DNA from: Heptranchias perlo
Taxonomy: Eukaryota
Length of the DNA: 64,000 nucleotides
Direction: 5' to 3'
Assembly (NCBI RefSeq): GCF_035084215.1
Contig: NC_090359.1
Coordinates: forward strand, 13,950,001-14,014,000
Of the stretch, positions 1-12,089 are shown in pieces; position 1 is the stretch's first letter; every line of letters begins with the position of its first letter. Made by a program: the position numbers and the translations under genes. The notes under the pieces were generated by a model. That model was not told where the DNA came from and ran no database searches. It was given only the letters and a program-made list of their open reading frames with translations.

Positions 1-60
1 AACTTGCTGTCTACAGGAACTGAGCTAACTTGAGCCATGTTTATTTTTTAAAAAAATCTA

Positions 61-340
61 TGTCCCTGACCCCGTCTCCCCGTGCGTCCCTGACCCCGTC
101 TCCCCGTGCGTCCCTGACCCCGTCTCCCCGTGCGTCCCTGACCCCTTCTCCCCGTGTGCGTCCCTGACCCCGTCTCCCCGTGCGTCCCTGACCCTGTCTC
201 CCCGTGTGTCCCTGACCCCGTCTCCCCGTGCGTCCCTGACCCCGTCTCCCCGTGCGTCCCTGACCCCGTCTCCCCGTGCGTCCCTGACCCCGTCTCCCCG
301 TGCGTCCCTGACCCCGTCTCCCCGTGCGTCCCTGACCCCG
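61..340. repeat. 24-bp GC-rich tandem repeat (minisatellite), ~11.5 copies
   Basis: Unit TGCGTCCCTGACCCCGTCTCCCCG repeated head-to-tail; explains the periodic ORFs 58..420 and 154..432. Confidence 0.95.
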
Positions 341-939
341 TATTTGGCGTTTTCCCCTTTCACTGTCTCTTTCTCTTTCTGACTGAAACTTGTCTGATGA
401 GTGGTAACACTGTCGTACAAGGTACTTTCTGAATCCTCACTGCCTGTCTGTACAATTCACCTTCTCCCCCTAACCTCTGTGGTGTTGCCGTGGATTTCTT
501 CCAAACACACATTGGCCTCACCCCTTCCTGCTTTGTCAACATCTCTTCCTTTGAGCATTATCTCTGGACTCCTCCCCTTCGATCACCTCCCTGTCGATCC
601 CCATACCCCGCCCTCCCATTGCTCCACGTGTCAGATCTCATTGACTTCCATTGGTTTCCTGACCCTCAACACGTTCCCTATAAGTCCCTCCAAGGTTTGC
701 CTGTCCGACCTCTGCAAACGCCTCCATCTCCATGTCCCACACTCTTTGATCCTCCAACACTGGCCTTCTATGCATTCACTCATTCCTCGGTTCCCCTTCT
801 GTGGCAGTGCCTCGAGCTAACCCGGCTTTACTCTCTGTTAATCCCTTCTGAGTGACGGAAACTTCATCTACTCCTGTGAAATTCCTCCATCGACTATTCT
901 AACTGAGTCATTGGCCTGATTTTTAAAAAAAGACTTAAC

Positions 940-1460
940 GCCTGTTTTGAAACATCAACAGACCTTCTGCGACCTGAATGATTCTGTGTTTCATGTCTAC
1001 AAGGAGTGTGAGAGGTTGCAGCCCCTGTTCCACTATTTAAAGGGGCTGCTCCACAACTTCTGGCTGCGCTTCAGTCCCACGCTCCTCATCTTTGGCCACC
1101 GGGTGAGGAGGAGGGCGGGTCAGTCAGAGGATCTCCTCGTGGGCCTGTCCAAGGTGGCCATCCACAGGTCCAGGTTAGACGGGGCCCGTGGGGGCGGTCG
1201 CTCCAACTGTCGGCCTCTCTTCCCCGGATTTCTCCGTGCCTGGGTGGCCCTGGAGATGGAGCACGCGGTGTCTGCCGGTTCGCTTGGGGCTTTCCGCGAC
1301 CGGGGGGCACCGCAGGGGCTGGAGTGCATCCTGGACCGATATAATAAAATTTAAATTTGACGCTTATTTTGGGTTTTTTGGTTTTTCTGCACAGGAACAC
1401 ACCCGAAACCCCGCTTCTTGTGAAAGGGGGGCCTAAAAACACAAAAAAAAGAAAAAAAAG
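940..1460 (+). mobile_element. 5'-truncated Tx1-clade non-LTR retrotransposon (ORF2 C-terminus, 3' UTR, A-rich tail)
   Basis: ORF 947..1354 (ESVFH-like..CERLQPLF..FSPTLLIFG..GLECILD) matches the C-terminus of ORF2 at 17649..20855; ends in ggggggcctaaaaacac plus an A-tail. Confidence 0.9.
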
Positions 1461-2057
1461 TCAAGCGTCACTCTGACTGCACTTCCAGTAAACACTTCAG
1501 AACTGAGCTGAGTGGAGGTCTGAGCAGAGCAAAACGACAGCCCTTGCCTGCCTCCTGAATCCGGGAGAAGGCAGAAAAAAAAACCATCAGTGATTCCCAG
1601 ACTATTGAGGACCAACAGCTGTTAAAATATCAGACACGGAGTTACAGGAATGTTTTAAGGGGGCCCAGAAATAGTTAAAAATGAGAATTAACCCCACAGA
1701 TGCTGTAGGCGGGGCTCGATTATTGGTCCGGTCCGGTGCAAACTAATATCCAGTCGCTAATTCACAGCCCTTCCTCCGGACAATTACATTTCGGGTCAGA
1801 CTCCCTGAGGATGTGTTTAAAAAATGATCTGAATACAGGAACATGTTTTGATAATGTTACTGTCTGTTGCTTTTGCTCATTTTTTGTCGGCTGCTGTTAA
1901 ATTTAATTTTGGTATAACTTTTGACAACAAATGTGTTTAAAGGAGATGCCTTTGGCCCTGTTGCTGAGTCCCTTTGGTAAATTGAGGTGATAATTTTGAT
2001 CTGGAATTAAGTTGTGATGTTGGGAAGTCAGTTACCGCTTCACTTCAGCCGTTTTCC

Positions 2058-4428
2058 TCATTTGACCAATTTACCAATTAGAGTAAACGGATATTTAATC
2101 ACATTGAGCAGCTCCTCTCTGAACTTACTCTGGGTCACTGTGTAAATGGCCGTGTTCGTACAGGAACTCAGAAGCTGAAGCAGAATTCCCACTTGTTCGA
2201 AGGTTGGGAAAGGGTTATAGAAAGATCGGCGGTTAAAGCCGCCTGAAATTCGATAATATAAAAAATATACGACCGTTGTCATCCAGAGCAGGATAAAACT
2301 GCCGGATATGGCAAAAAGTAAAACGATGGACCTTCTGCGGTTCTTCATCTCAGGGTCCTTGTCATTCTCACCATTGCTGAGGTCCCGGAGGCTCCTTCGG
2401 GCCCGACTGGCCACTAAAATGCGTCTGACGGTGAGAGCATTAAACAATAAAATCAAACAGAATGGAAGCAACGGGGTTAACAGCTGTTCAATCCAAGAAA
2501 ATGCGATCCATGTGGGTAGAATATAAAACTGTGATGATACAAGACAACCCCGTGGTATATTGTTAACAGTACGGTAATGAATATACACGAAGGGCCGGGG
2601 AATGTTCTTTAAACCGAACAGCGCGCTCAAAGTCACGATAATCACAAGTGAAGTTTTCTCGGTGCAATATTTTGTTTTCAGCTTCTGACAACTAATGGCT
2701 ACAAAACGATCAAAGGTAAAAGCGACCGTTAACCAAACAGAACTGTCTGTGGCAGCAGGAGCCAGGAAGAGAATGAATCTGCAAACAGGAGTGTAGAGCA
2801 GGAAAGTGTCCCCCCAATAAAGATGAGCAATCCGATATAAGATCACATTACAGGCAATCACCAGGAGATCCGCCGTCGCCATGGCCACCAGGTAGCGAGT
2901 GATACATTTGGAGAGACCGCACTTTCCACGGGACAGGATCACAATCGCCAGCAAGTTCACTGAGAGAAAGAGAGAGACAGAAACAGTGAAATCACTAACC
3001 GGGCTGATCAATGAGCTCTCAGTTTAACCGATGTACATGGGCTGTGATTGTGTTTATTTATTGGTTTTTCCCCTTGGCTTCTGCCTCCTGTTCCGAAGGA
3101 GCAGCTCATTCTGGGAGGTTCCTTTCGGGTGACGGTGGCCCCGGGATCCCTCACCCGACAGCTGAGTCCTCACTTGTGATCCTTGAGATTAAGTTTATTT
3201 TGTCGATTCCGACACTGGGAGGTCCGCGGGGCAGGACGTCACCAACTATGAAAGTGAAAGGCGACAAGACGAGTTAAATCAGGAAATACAGACAAGGTGA
3301 CTCTAGATTTGGTTTAAATCGTAATGCGGGGGAGAAACCTAATGCCTTGACCCACACAATACCAGAGACTTTGATTTTAGAAAATACATTGAAAACACGA
3401 GCCTGGTATTGAGTTGCTGCCCGTCATCTTTCAGTAATTAATTAGATGAGGTTTCCAGTGCAGTATTGTGAATGGATCATGACACAATATGTCAAGGAAT
3501 TTAATTCTGTAACGTGCTCCAGTTATAACCAGGTCCAGTCTTTATATCTCAGCACAAGGCGTGAGAAAAACAAAGGACAGTCGGATCCTCGGAATAAGAG
3601 ATCGATCCCAGGAGCCGCGCGGAATAAGAACAAATCACCGCCAACTCTCACTCATGGTCTCCAGCTCATCCCCCTCCCGAACCAGTGTCAAGACTGGTTT
3701 CCCCACTCTCCACAATAACACACATGGACTGAAGTATACAGTCATCGTCATTCAACTAGTCCAAACAATACTTTAAACATCAAATACATCAAAAGTCCTG
3801 TGAAGCCATTTTGCTGAAATATAATTATGATCTGAGAGGAACATTTGACGGGAACACAAGATTGTACCTTCGAGTGAGGAGGACGGTTTCTGTCACATGT
3901 TTTATTTATCTGATGCGTATTCCGTTTGTTCCCTGTCCTTCTATCCTGAAGACACTGACTCATGCCGGGATACACAGCCGCAATCTGCTCTCCGGAACCC
4001 CAGGCGATCGTTCCTCGGGAAACACGACAATCTCACCCGGTCCTTCCTCACCCGATCTCCACAACAGGCGCACTTTCCACCAGGAGGCAGTGGATTACAC
4101 TCAGGACTGTGCGCCCTGCCTGTTTGACCCCTGCCTGGCCGGGGAGCACCAAGGACACATTTGGACCCCAGACTCGACAGTTCAGCACAGAGCGAGGGTG
4201 AGTTACTCGGTGCATTGACCAATGGGACAAGGATGGAAGTTTTAACTGTATCACAAAACGGTGAAGAATAACATTCCACATTTACCAGGCTCAGAGCACA
4301 AACAGCAACATAGTTAAACATTCTGTTATTTACACCGTACGTGCTGATAATGACTTACCAGGTACTCCAATTGCTGCCAGAACAGGATAATAAATGAATT
4401 CTATCTCCGTAAATCGCGACAAACGCAT
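2058..4428 (-). CDS. Class A orphan GPCR, GPR139/GPR142-like; 2 exons (4428-4359, 2959-2058), 323 aa
   Basis: Exon 1 MRLSRFTEIEFIYYPVLAAIGVP with GTAAGT donor and phase-1 acceptor ctttctctcAG; exon 2 has LVAMATADLL, FTFDRFVAI and SSCTNTAIY with 7 hydrophobic segments overall; total 972 nt in frame. Confidence 0.9.
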
Positions 4429-5084
4429 TTCTCTGTGGAGACAATGTCTTTCGGTGCTATAAAGAGGTATGTGAACTGCGATAGTCAGGTAACGAAGTTA
4501 AAACAGCGAGATACTTATAATGTAAATAAACCCCGAATGGGACAATTAGATCGCATCCCGACTGACATCACATATTATTTACAGACTCCTGAACAAACAA
4601 GTTTTGGTCCCACCTGACCTTTGACTATCACAATCATTAAGGTGACAGAACATTACACATCGACCAGCTGAGTAACCTTTTGGAACAATGAATTCAACAA
4701 TGACAGAGTCACAATTTCTACATTTAATAAATTACATGAAGATTGAAACCAACAGCACACAGTGTAAGAAAAATCGAAACCCAGTTCACCAATGTGACAT
4801 TTTTACTTGAATCTTCTGTACTCCCATTCCCAGGCCGGTCCTGCTATTCCCTGTCACCCTACTATGTAATTTAGCACAGTCCTTGTCACCTTGTTTCACT
4901 CATTCCCCCTCTTTCTGTCTCTCTCAATGTCCAGGCCTCTCTCCCTCACACACACTCCTTTTACTTGACTCCCAAATTTCTCTCTCTGTTAATCTACCTC
5001 TTTTATTCCCTCTTTCTCTGGAACTCCATTTTCTTCCTGATTTCCTCTCTTTCTGGCTAACGTTAGTACACTCAAAATAATTTT

Positions 5085-5235
5085 TGAGACTGAGATTGAT
5101 AGATTTTTGTTTAATGAAGATATCAAGGGATATGGATCAAAGGCGGGTAATTGGAGTTGAGGTACAGATCAGCCATGATCTGACTGAATGGCGGCACAGG
5201 ATTGAGGGACTGAATGACCCACTTCTGTTCTTATA
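5085..5235 (+). mobile_element. CR1 LINE 3' end fragment
   Basis: gagattgatagattttt...aagggatatgg...tacagatcagccatgatctgactgaatggcgg matches the other CR1 3' ends in the window. Confidence 0.7.
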
Positions 5236-5714
5236 AGATAATTTTTCACATCTTTATTATTGGCCACAGCTCACACTCTGGGTTCAAATGAGTTGTTACT
5301 CTTTTCTGCCAGCTGGTGGAATTTACGTTAAAGTCTGGCTGATCTCTGCACCTCAGTGAAAGACAGAGCCAAGCATAGTTCTGGGAGCCTTTGCTACTTG
5401 TCTGACCGCTGCAGGCAGACCACAGCTCTTAAAGGGACAGTGCACCAAAAATCCAGAACCACAAGCTGAAGGGAAGCAAGCAACAATGTCCCGACAGGTC
5501 ACTCAGCAGCTGGGCAGCAGCTCATGGCGTTGTGTTTGACGACAGTCCTTTTATCATTTACTCTAAAACCCGAGTCACTCACAACATTCTAGAAACACTC
5601 AGCGAGTCGGGCCCCATCTGTGGAGAGAACAGACCAATTAACTGAGATCTCAATGAGATGAGGAACAAGACACGGCCCCCTGTGAGAAACAAAGAACTTG
5701 CATTCATATAGCAC

Positions 5715-5885
5715 CTTTCACATCCTCCTTCAAACCTGCCTGTTTGACCAAGCTTTTGGTCACGTGTCCTGATATCTCCTTACATGGCTCGGTGTCAAAT
5801 TTTGTTTGAAAATCGCTCCTTTGAAGCGCCTTGGGACGTTTCACGACCTTAAAGGCTCGATATAAATGCAAGTTGTTGTTGATGT
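5715..5885 (+). mobile_element. L2-type 3' tail fragment
   Basis: gaccaagcttttggtcac...gaagcgccttgggacgttt...tataaatgcaagttgttgtt; reverse homologue at ~54660-54790. Confidence 0.6.
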
Positions 5886-6100
5886 TATTCACAGTGAGAT
5901 TGTGCGTTTCATTTCTTCCTCATTATTGTGGTTCTGACATCGAGGTGAAGAGTGACAGAGAGCAGATTTTAAAACCGTTGGAATATCAGTGAAATTAAAT
6001 TGTGGCAAGTGAGAAACTCCAAGTCAGTTTTGCTCTGTATTTCCTGCATCCAATATTGCAGATAAATGAAAGTGAAGCTTTTGAAGGCAGAGAGTTTAAT

Positions 6101-6174
6101 CGCCCCGTCAGAGGAATTGAACCCCTGTCTTTCCACGTGACAGGCGAAGATACTCATCACTATACTCATGGAAA
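6101..6174 (-). pseudogene. Degenerate tRNA-Asp(GUC) pseudogene
   Basis: Reverse complement tttccatgagtatagtgatgagtatcttcgcctgtcacgtggaaagacaggggttcaattcctctgacggggcg is collinear with vertebrate tRNA-Asp (AGTATAGTGGTGAGTATC..CCTGTCACG..GGTTCGATTCC); acceptor stem is mismatched. Confidence 0.85.
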
Positions 6175-6184
6175 AGGCCATCCC

Positions 6185-6490
6185 TGATCACTTCCTTGTA
6201 TCCCTCTGTACCCACATCCCCCTTCCCCCTCCAAAACCCACTTCCTTCTGTGTTCGCCCATCAAAAAAACCCTCCCCCCAAGTCACTTACAATCACAATT
6301 TCAAAGTCCCAACTGTCCAGCCTTTGGCCCTCCATTCACCACGACATTTCTGCAGCGACCGATCTGCTCAATCACACTCTCACCTCCACTTTTGATGCAG
6401 TTGTCCTCATTAAAACCATTACTCTCTCTCACACTGTTCGGCCACCCTGGTACAGCTCTCGTCTCCTCTCCCTGAAGTCCAAGGGACAGG
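6185..6490 (+). mobile_element. Decayed L2-like LINE ORF2 fragment (end of endonuclease, tether region)
   Basis: DHFLV and LTSTFDAVV..PWYS motifs in ORFs 6168..6395 and 6196..6504. Confidence 0.55.
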
Positions 6491-6494
6491 GTAC

Positions 6495-6725
6495 GGTCGC
6501 ATAGTGATGATGTTACTGGACGAGTAATCCAGTAGGCCCGGACTAATAATCGGGAGTCATGAGTTCAAATCTCCACCACAGGAGCTGGGGAATTTAAAAT
6601 CAGTTCATTAAATAAAATCGGGACTGAAAAGCTACTATCAGAAATGGTAACTGTGAATGTACTGGATTGTCATAAAAATCCCTCTGGTTCACTGATGCCC
6701 ACCTGAGGGAAGGAAACATGCCGTT
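6495..6725 (+). mobile_element. tRNA-derived SINE fragment (same family as 50380-50790)
   Basis: A/B-box-like head (tagtg..; gagttcaaatc); reverse-complement homologue at 50560-50790. Confidence 0.65.
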
Positions 6726-7394
6726 CTCAGACCAATTAACTGAGAGTCTCAATGAGACAAGGAACGAGACACGGGCTCTTCACAAATTGTCACGGGACCT
6801 TTTACACTTCGGAGCAGAAAGAAGGGACCGCCATTAAACACCTCATTCAAAGGACAGCACCTCTCACGATGCAGCTCCGTCTCAGCACGACACAGTCAGT
6901 CTGGATCATGTGTCCCAGTCCTGGAACGGGAGCTGGAACCCACACCCTTCGAAACACCTGCCTGACTCCCTGGAGTTACTCTCACCCCCGGCGAGTCATG
7001 AACCAGATTGTGCCACTCCCAGAGTAACTGATGACCACAGCCTCAGCCCTGGGTCCCGGTCTGCACCATAACCGCAGCCTGTTACCGCTCATAGAAAGTG
7101 GCGTGGGATTCCTGAGTTCATTCTGTGATGTGCATTGGGGGAGTGGGACAACATGGATTGATCTTGCATAGAGCTGGCATGGACTCGATGGGCCGAATGG
7201 CCTCCTTCCGTGCTGTAACCTTTCTATGATTCTATGATTCCATGTGGGTGGAGAGGGATACAAGGAAGTGATCAGAGATGGCCTTATCCATGATTGACAC
7301 GATCGGGAGTAGAGAGGCCACGTGAGATGGCAAGGTCGAGGGGGTGGCCATGAATATGGGTCGGGGAGTTTCTATGCAGGGAGAGATTAAGGGA

Positions 7395-7928
7395 GGATAA
7401 AGTATCACATAATAGACTTGTTTTAAAAATTGAAGCCCATGGGATTAAACGGACAATGGCAGCGTGGATATAAAATTGGCTCAGGAGCAGAAAACAGAGA
7501 GTAGAGGTGAACGGTTGTTTTTCAGACTGGAGGCAAGTACACAGTGGTGTCCCCCAGGGCTCGGTATTGGGACCACTGCTCTTTTTGATATATATTAATG
7601 ACCGGGACTTGGGAGTACAGGGTATAATTTCAAAGTTTTCAGATGACACGAAACTCAGAAATGTAATAAACAATGTGGAGGACAGTAACAGACTTCAGGA
7701 GGACAGAGACAGACTGGTGAAATGGGCAGAAACATGGCAGATGAAATTTACTGCAGAGAATTGTGAAGTGATACATTTTGGTAGGAAGATTGAGGAGAGA
7801 CAATATAAACTAAATGGAACAATTTTAAATGGAGTGGATGAATAGAGAGACCTGGGGGTGTCGTTACACAAATCTTTGAAGGTGGCAGGACAAGTTGAGA
7901 AGGCTGTTAAGTAAGCAAATGGGGCCCT
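7395..7928 (+). mobile_element. CR1 LINE reverse-transcriptase fragment
   Basis: ORF 7507..7845: [36 protein letters not shown]. Confidence 0.93.
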
Positions 7929-7959
7929 GAAAGACATCCAATCGTTTCAAAACAGCGAC

Positions 7960-8850
7960 TTTTTTTTCTTTTTCTTTTTTTCTTCTTTTTTGTGTGTTTT
8001 TAGGCTCCCCTTTTATAAGAAGGGGGGTTTAGGGTTTGTTTATGTGCAAAAACACCCAAAGAAAACCAAAAACCAGTGTCAAATTAAGATTTTATTATTT
8101 TTGTCCAGAATGCACTCCAGCCCCTGCAGTGCCCACCGGTCGGGGAAACCGGGGAGTAAGTGAACTCCAGCTCCCCAACTCACCCGGCACCGTGCCCAGA
8201 GACCGGGAGAAGGGGCTCCCTCCACCCACACCGCCACCAACCGACCTGGCAGGTGAGACGTTTTTATTAAAACCGTCCACTAGGTCGAGCAGGTCCTGGG
8301 AGATGTCGAGCCGCGAGCGGGCGAATTCAGCCTCATCGGCCTCGCCCACCCCGGCAACCAGGACGCCCGACCCGGTGAACTGTATACTCTCCTCCGTGCC
8401 CGGATCCGCGACCCCCCTCATAGGCAGGGTCTCCCCATCCCCCCCCGGGAGGCACGGACTCGGTCTCCTCCCCCCGAGTGGTGGACGACTCCCGCCGATG
8501 GTGTGAAATGGAGGGTGGGGCCCCAGGATCCGCGTCAGGCGCCAACTCCCCTTCCACGGGGGGCCGTCCCTTTGCAGGGTTCCAGTCCGCTTCCAGGGAG
8601 TGGCGCCTTTTTTTCTTTCCGGAGGCTCGCGGAGGGAGGGTCTGCTGGGGCCCCCTCCTCCGCTCCCTCCTGACCAACGATCTGCCCGGCCTCCGTCGCG
8701 ACCACGAGATGTAGATCGGCCGCGGTCACGATCGCAGCCTCGGGCTCACTCGATTGTTCAGCATCCCGGGGACCAGCCTCCAGATGTTTGATTTTCCTCC
8801 CTGCCTTTTTTCCGCGAGAGTGCCCTCCTTCCCCCCCGGCGGAGGCCTTG
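7960..8850 (-). mobile_element. Internally deleted Tx1 copy: mid-ORF1 segment (8146-8850) fused directly to the 3' end and tail (7960-8145)
   Basis: ORF 8095..8421 matches ORF1 (FTGSGVL..SQDLLDLV); junction ccaccggtc|ggggaaacc shows microhomology; T-rich tail at 7960-8000. Confidence 0.88.
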
Positions 8851-9164
8851 TGTTGTTTTTTTTATTCTTCGAGTGTGTTCATGTGCAGTAAACAATAAAC
8901 CCAGAATATGTGTCATAATAATTTTTTTCCCTTGTGTTTTCGGCCCTCTTTCATAAGAAGGGGGGGTTTGGGTGGTTTTTTTTGTCGACTGGAAGTTCAG
9001 TCAGAATTAGGCTTTTTTTCCCCCTTTTTCCTTGTGTGTTTTTAGGCCCCCCTTTTATAAGTAGTGGGGGGGGGGTTCAGGGTGTGTTCATGTGCAATAA
9101 ACCAAAAAACCCAAAATAAGTGTCAAATAATAATTTTATTATTTCGGTCCAGGATGCACTCCAG
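8851..9164 (-). mobile_element. String of short Tx1 3'-UTR and 5'-end fragments separated by oligo(T) runs
   Basis: Pieces at ~8866-8920, 8928-8975, 8984-9012 and 9013-9164, each bounded by T-runs; they contain the ggcccccc-ttttataag-gggg 3' motif or the actggaagttcagtcag 5' motif. Confidence 0.8.
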
Positions 9165-9180
9165 TTTCGTCTAGTTTTCT

Positions 9181-9240
9181 CGTTTAGCCTCATCTGGGAC
9201 AATTGGAGTCAGTTGACTGCAGGTTGTGTATAAAAGGTGC
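9181..9240 (+). promoter_or_regulatory. ZP3-like proximal promoter: three E-boxes and a TATA box
   Basis: CATCTG 9191, CAATTG 9200, CAGTTG 9210, TATAAAA 9229-9235, ATG at 9280; E-boxes are the known FIGLA-type sites of ZP promoters. Confidence 0.65.
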
Positions 9241-9279
9241 TGGTTGGTGGGTAAAGTGATAGTTGAGTTGTTTGGTATC

Positions 9280-12089
9280 ATGGGGGATTTTGTGGTGAGA
9301 GGTTTGTTCCCGGTGCTGGTGTTAGTTGGAGTGGTTTGTTACTCTGACATTTGGCAACAGTTTAGAGGGCAGAGATTTCCATGGAGAAGAGTAAAACCCA
9401 CCCCTGTGCCCCAGAGAGTCCCTTCCCCTGTGCCTCCCTTTGGTTCCCATTTCAGTGTGTCTGAGGGGAGAAGTCTGTCCCCACTGCAGACTGTGATGGT
9501 GCAGTGTGGAGAGCAGAACCTGCTGGTGAGGGTAGACATGGATTTATTTAGAACCAGGCACCTGATTAAAGCTGCTGACCTGACCTTGGGGACAGCAGGT
9601 TGTCGGCCAACTGGGATCCACTCTCAGAACCACACTGTCCTCTTTGACTATGGGCTCCATGAATGTGGCAGCAGATTGCAGGTAATGTGATTCCTCAACT
9701 CTTGCTCCAATTTCACTGTGTAGATTACTGCCCACTCAGAACTCATTAACATCGGGTGAAACTCCAGCCACTGAGGAGATCCCTGAATGAAATCTGTGTA
9801 TAAATTCTTGCCCACTGTTAAATATCACCCTGTGTGAAACTACTTCTTTATGTTGACATGTCAATCTTAGCTTTATATTTAAAAAGAACTTCAAATTGTC
9901 ACTGAGGGACTGCATCTTTCTTAAATGGGTCATTACTACTCTAACTCTGAGATTCAACTCTATTGGCCTTGAACCTTCACCTACATTTCTCCAAACCACT
10001 CTGTTCTTTTGTGCCTCAATTGATTTATCTTTTCTGTGCCTTCCTGTGGATATTCAGGCCTGTTGCCTCAACTTGTGGTCAATGAATGTTCAGTGTGGAA
10101 GTTCCTGTTGAGACTTCTCTTGAAAGATGAAACAAGTGGAATAATAATTGGGATACAATGTATTAAAGGGGAACTCCACTTTTGGTTATTACACCTGCCA
10201 ATCCCCTTGATTCCATGGATACAGGTGAGGTTTTAAAGTGATGTTGTGTTTTGTGCTCCATATCAGGGGTAACTTGAAGCCCCTTAAGGTGAAAGCTCTA
10301 TTCTATATGGGAAAGAATGCTCATCAAATCTGGCAGTGCCAATCATTTCAGGGTTTCTGACTGCAGGCCTGAAGTCCCCTGTAATACAAGGTGGACTGAG
10401 CAGAGTAACAGAGGCTGCTCCAGGCAACTTCAACCAATGGTGGAGCTGCTTCAATCATGTGTGATTTGAGGAGCAGCTAAAACCCCTCAAACTGCTGTTT
10501 AACAGGGCAGGAAAATGACCAGAAATAGCTCTTGTCCAATAAGACCAGCTCTTCATTCCTTAAGCTGATGTCTTTCAGATGGCTGGAGATTTCCTGGTCT
10601 ATACCACCCACCTGAACCATACCCCAAATGCTCGTGGATCTGTCATTGTGAGAACTAATGGAGTAGTCATTCCCATTGAGTGCCACTATTTTAGGTAAGA
10701 ATCTTTACTCTATTGCAAATGAGGTCTACAGGAGGTGCAGTTCTCTGAAGTTGTCCTGAAATTACACGCCTGTCCTTCCAGGAAGGGCAATGTGAGCAGT
10801 GACCCTATCAAGCCCACCTGGATCCCATTCAGCTCGACCAAGTCTGGAGAAGGGCTTCTGTCATTCTCACTGTGTCTTATGAATGGTATGTGATGTGTGG
10901 ATGGGGAGTGCTTTTCTGTCGTCTCCCACTGGGAGTTACACCCACTGTCTCCAACCCTTGTCCTCTTGTACTTCAGATGACTGGCTTACAGAGCGCACCT
11001 CGACTGTCTACTACCTGGGTGACCTCATTCACATTGAGGCCTCTGTTTCGATGACCAACCACATGCCCTTGAAACTCTACATTGACAGCTGTGCAGCTAC
11101 ATTGAGCCCAGGCAAGGATTCCACCCCAAGATACAACATCATTGACTACCATGGGTAAGGAGCTCTCTGCCTATTCCAGCTGGTTATGTCCCAAAGGTTC
11201 ACTTAATTCACTTTGTCTGTTTTTTTAATCTTTCTTCAGTTGCCTCCTGGACAGCAAAGCTGAGGACTCCTTTTCAACCTTTGTGTTGCCAAGAGGTGAA
11301 CGTGAGCTGGACAAACTCCAGTTTGATCTGGATGCATTCCGCTTCTTTGGAGATGACCGTTCCCTGGTAAGAGGAAGCCAAACATTGGGTTCCCCATGTT
11401 GGGAGGAGGTCACGAAATAACAACTTGTATTGAATGTGTTCCTCAGATTTTCATCACCTGTCACCTGAAAGTTGCTGCAGTGGATCGGAGAGATTCCATG
11501 AACAAAGCTTGTACTTTCCAGAATATGTAAGTTCCCTCTCTCACTCAGGGATGTGTTGTATTAAAGGGTGATGGACAACCTGGTTGATAAACTGATTCTC
11601 TGGTTTAGCTCGACCCCATTGGAAGAATTGACCAATGACGTGTGCGCCTGTTGTCATCTGGGCAACTGCAGTGCGAGGAGGGAATTCTGACTTGATTCCA
11701 GAGGAAGGAGGGATCTTGTGTATCTGGACCTGGTAGGACATTGATCCTCTCTGTGTTGGTGGTCACCCTTTACCCTCTCTAACTGGAATGTTTGATATTG
11801 CAGGGAGTGATGCTGAATTGAAGTGGGAGGGTGAAGCCTCACTTGGACCCCTGGTCATTCTGGATCCTGAAGTGTTAGAGCTGGCAACTGAGCCCCTTAA
11901 TGATGTTGAGCAAAGGATGCAGGAGAGGTCTCCAGGTGGTGAGTTGGCGGACTGCTGGTTTCCATTTTCCCCTCAATATTTCCTTCACTCACTGACCATT
12001 GGTTTCTTCTTCCGTTTTAGGTGTGGAGTCTGAGGTGGTCCTGATCCTGATCCTGGCCCTGACTGTGACCGCTGTCTCTGATCTCTGCT
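9280..12089 (+). pseudogene. zp3: ZP3-like egg-coat glycoprotein, copy 1, disrupted (exons 9280-9681, 10579-10694, 10782-10885, 10977-11154, 11240-11366, 11447-11526, 11609-~11732, ~11803-11937, 12021-12089)
   Basis: Collinear with the intact copy at 42004 in exons and introns; CGA>TGA stop at 11688-11690, 2-nt insertion ~11718, last exon cut by a Tx1 tail at ~12089. Confidence 0.88.

Noticed and set aside
61-340. CRISPR-like array or repeat protein (also 63128-63930)
   Set aside because: Contiguous tandem units with no unique spacers; eukaryotic context
6101-6174. Functional tRNA-Asp gene
   Set aside because: Broken acceptor stem, many transitions, no downstream T-run terminator on its strand
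7929-7960. snRNA/tRNA/rRNA gene as the Tx1 target
   Set aside because: Tail-flanking sequences show no recognisable U2, 5S or tRNA similarity and instead match the element's own 5' end
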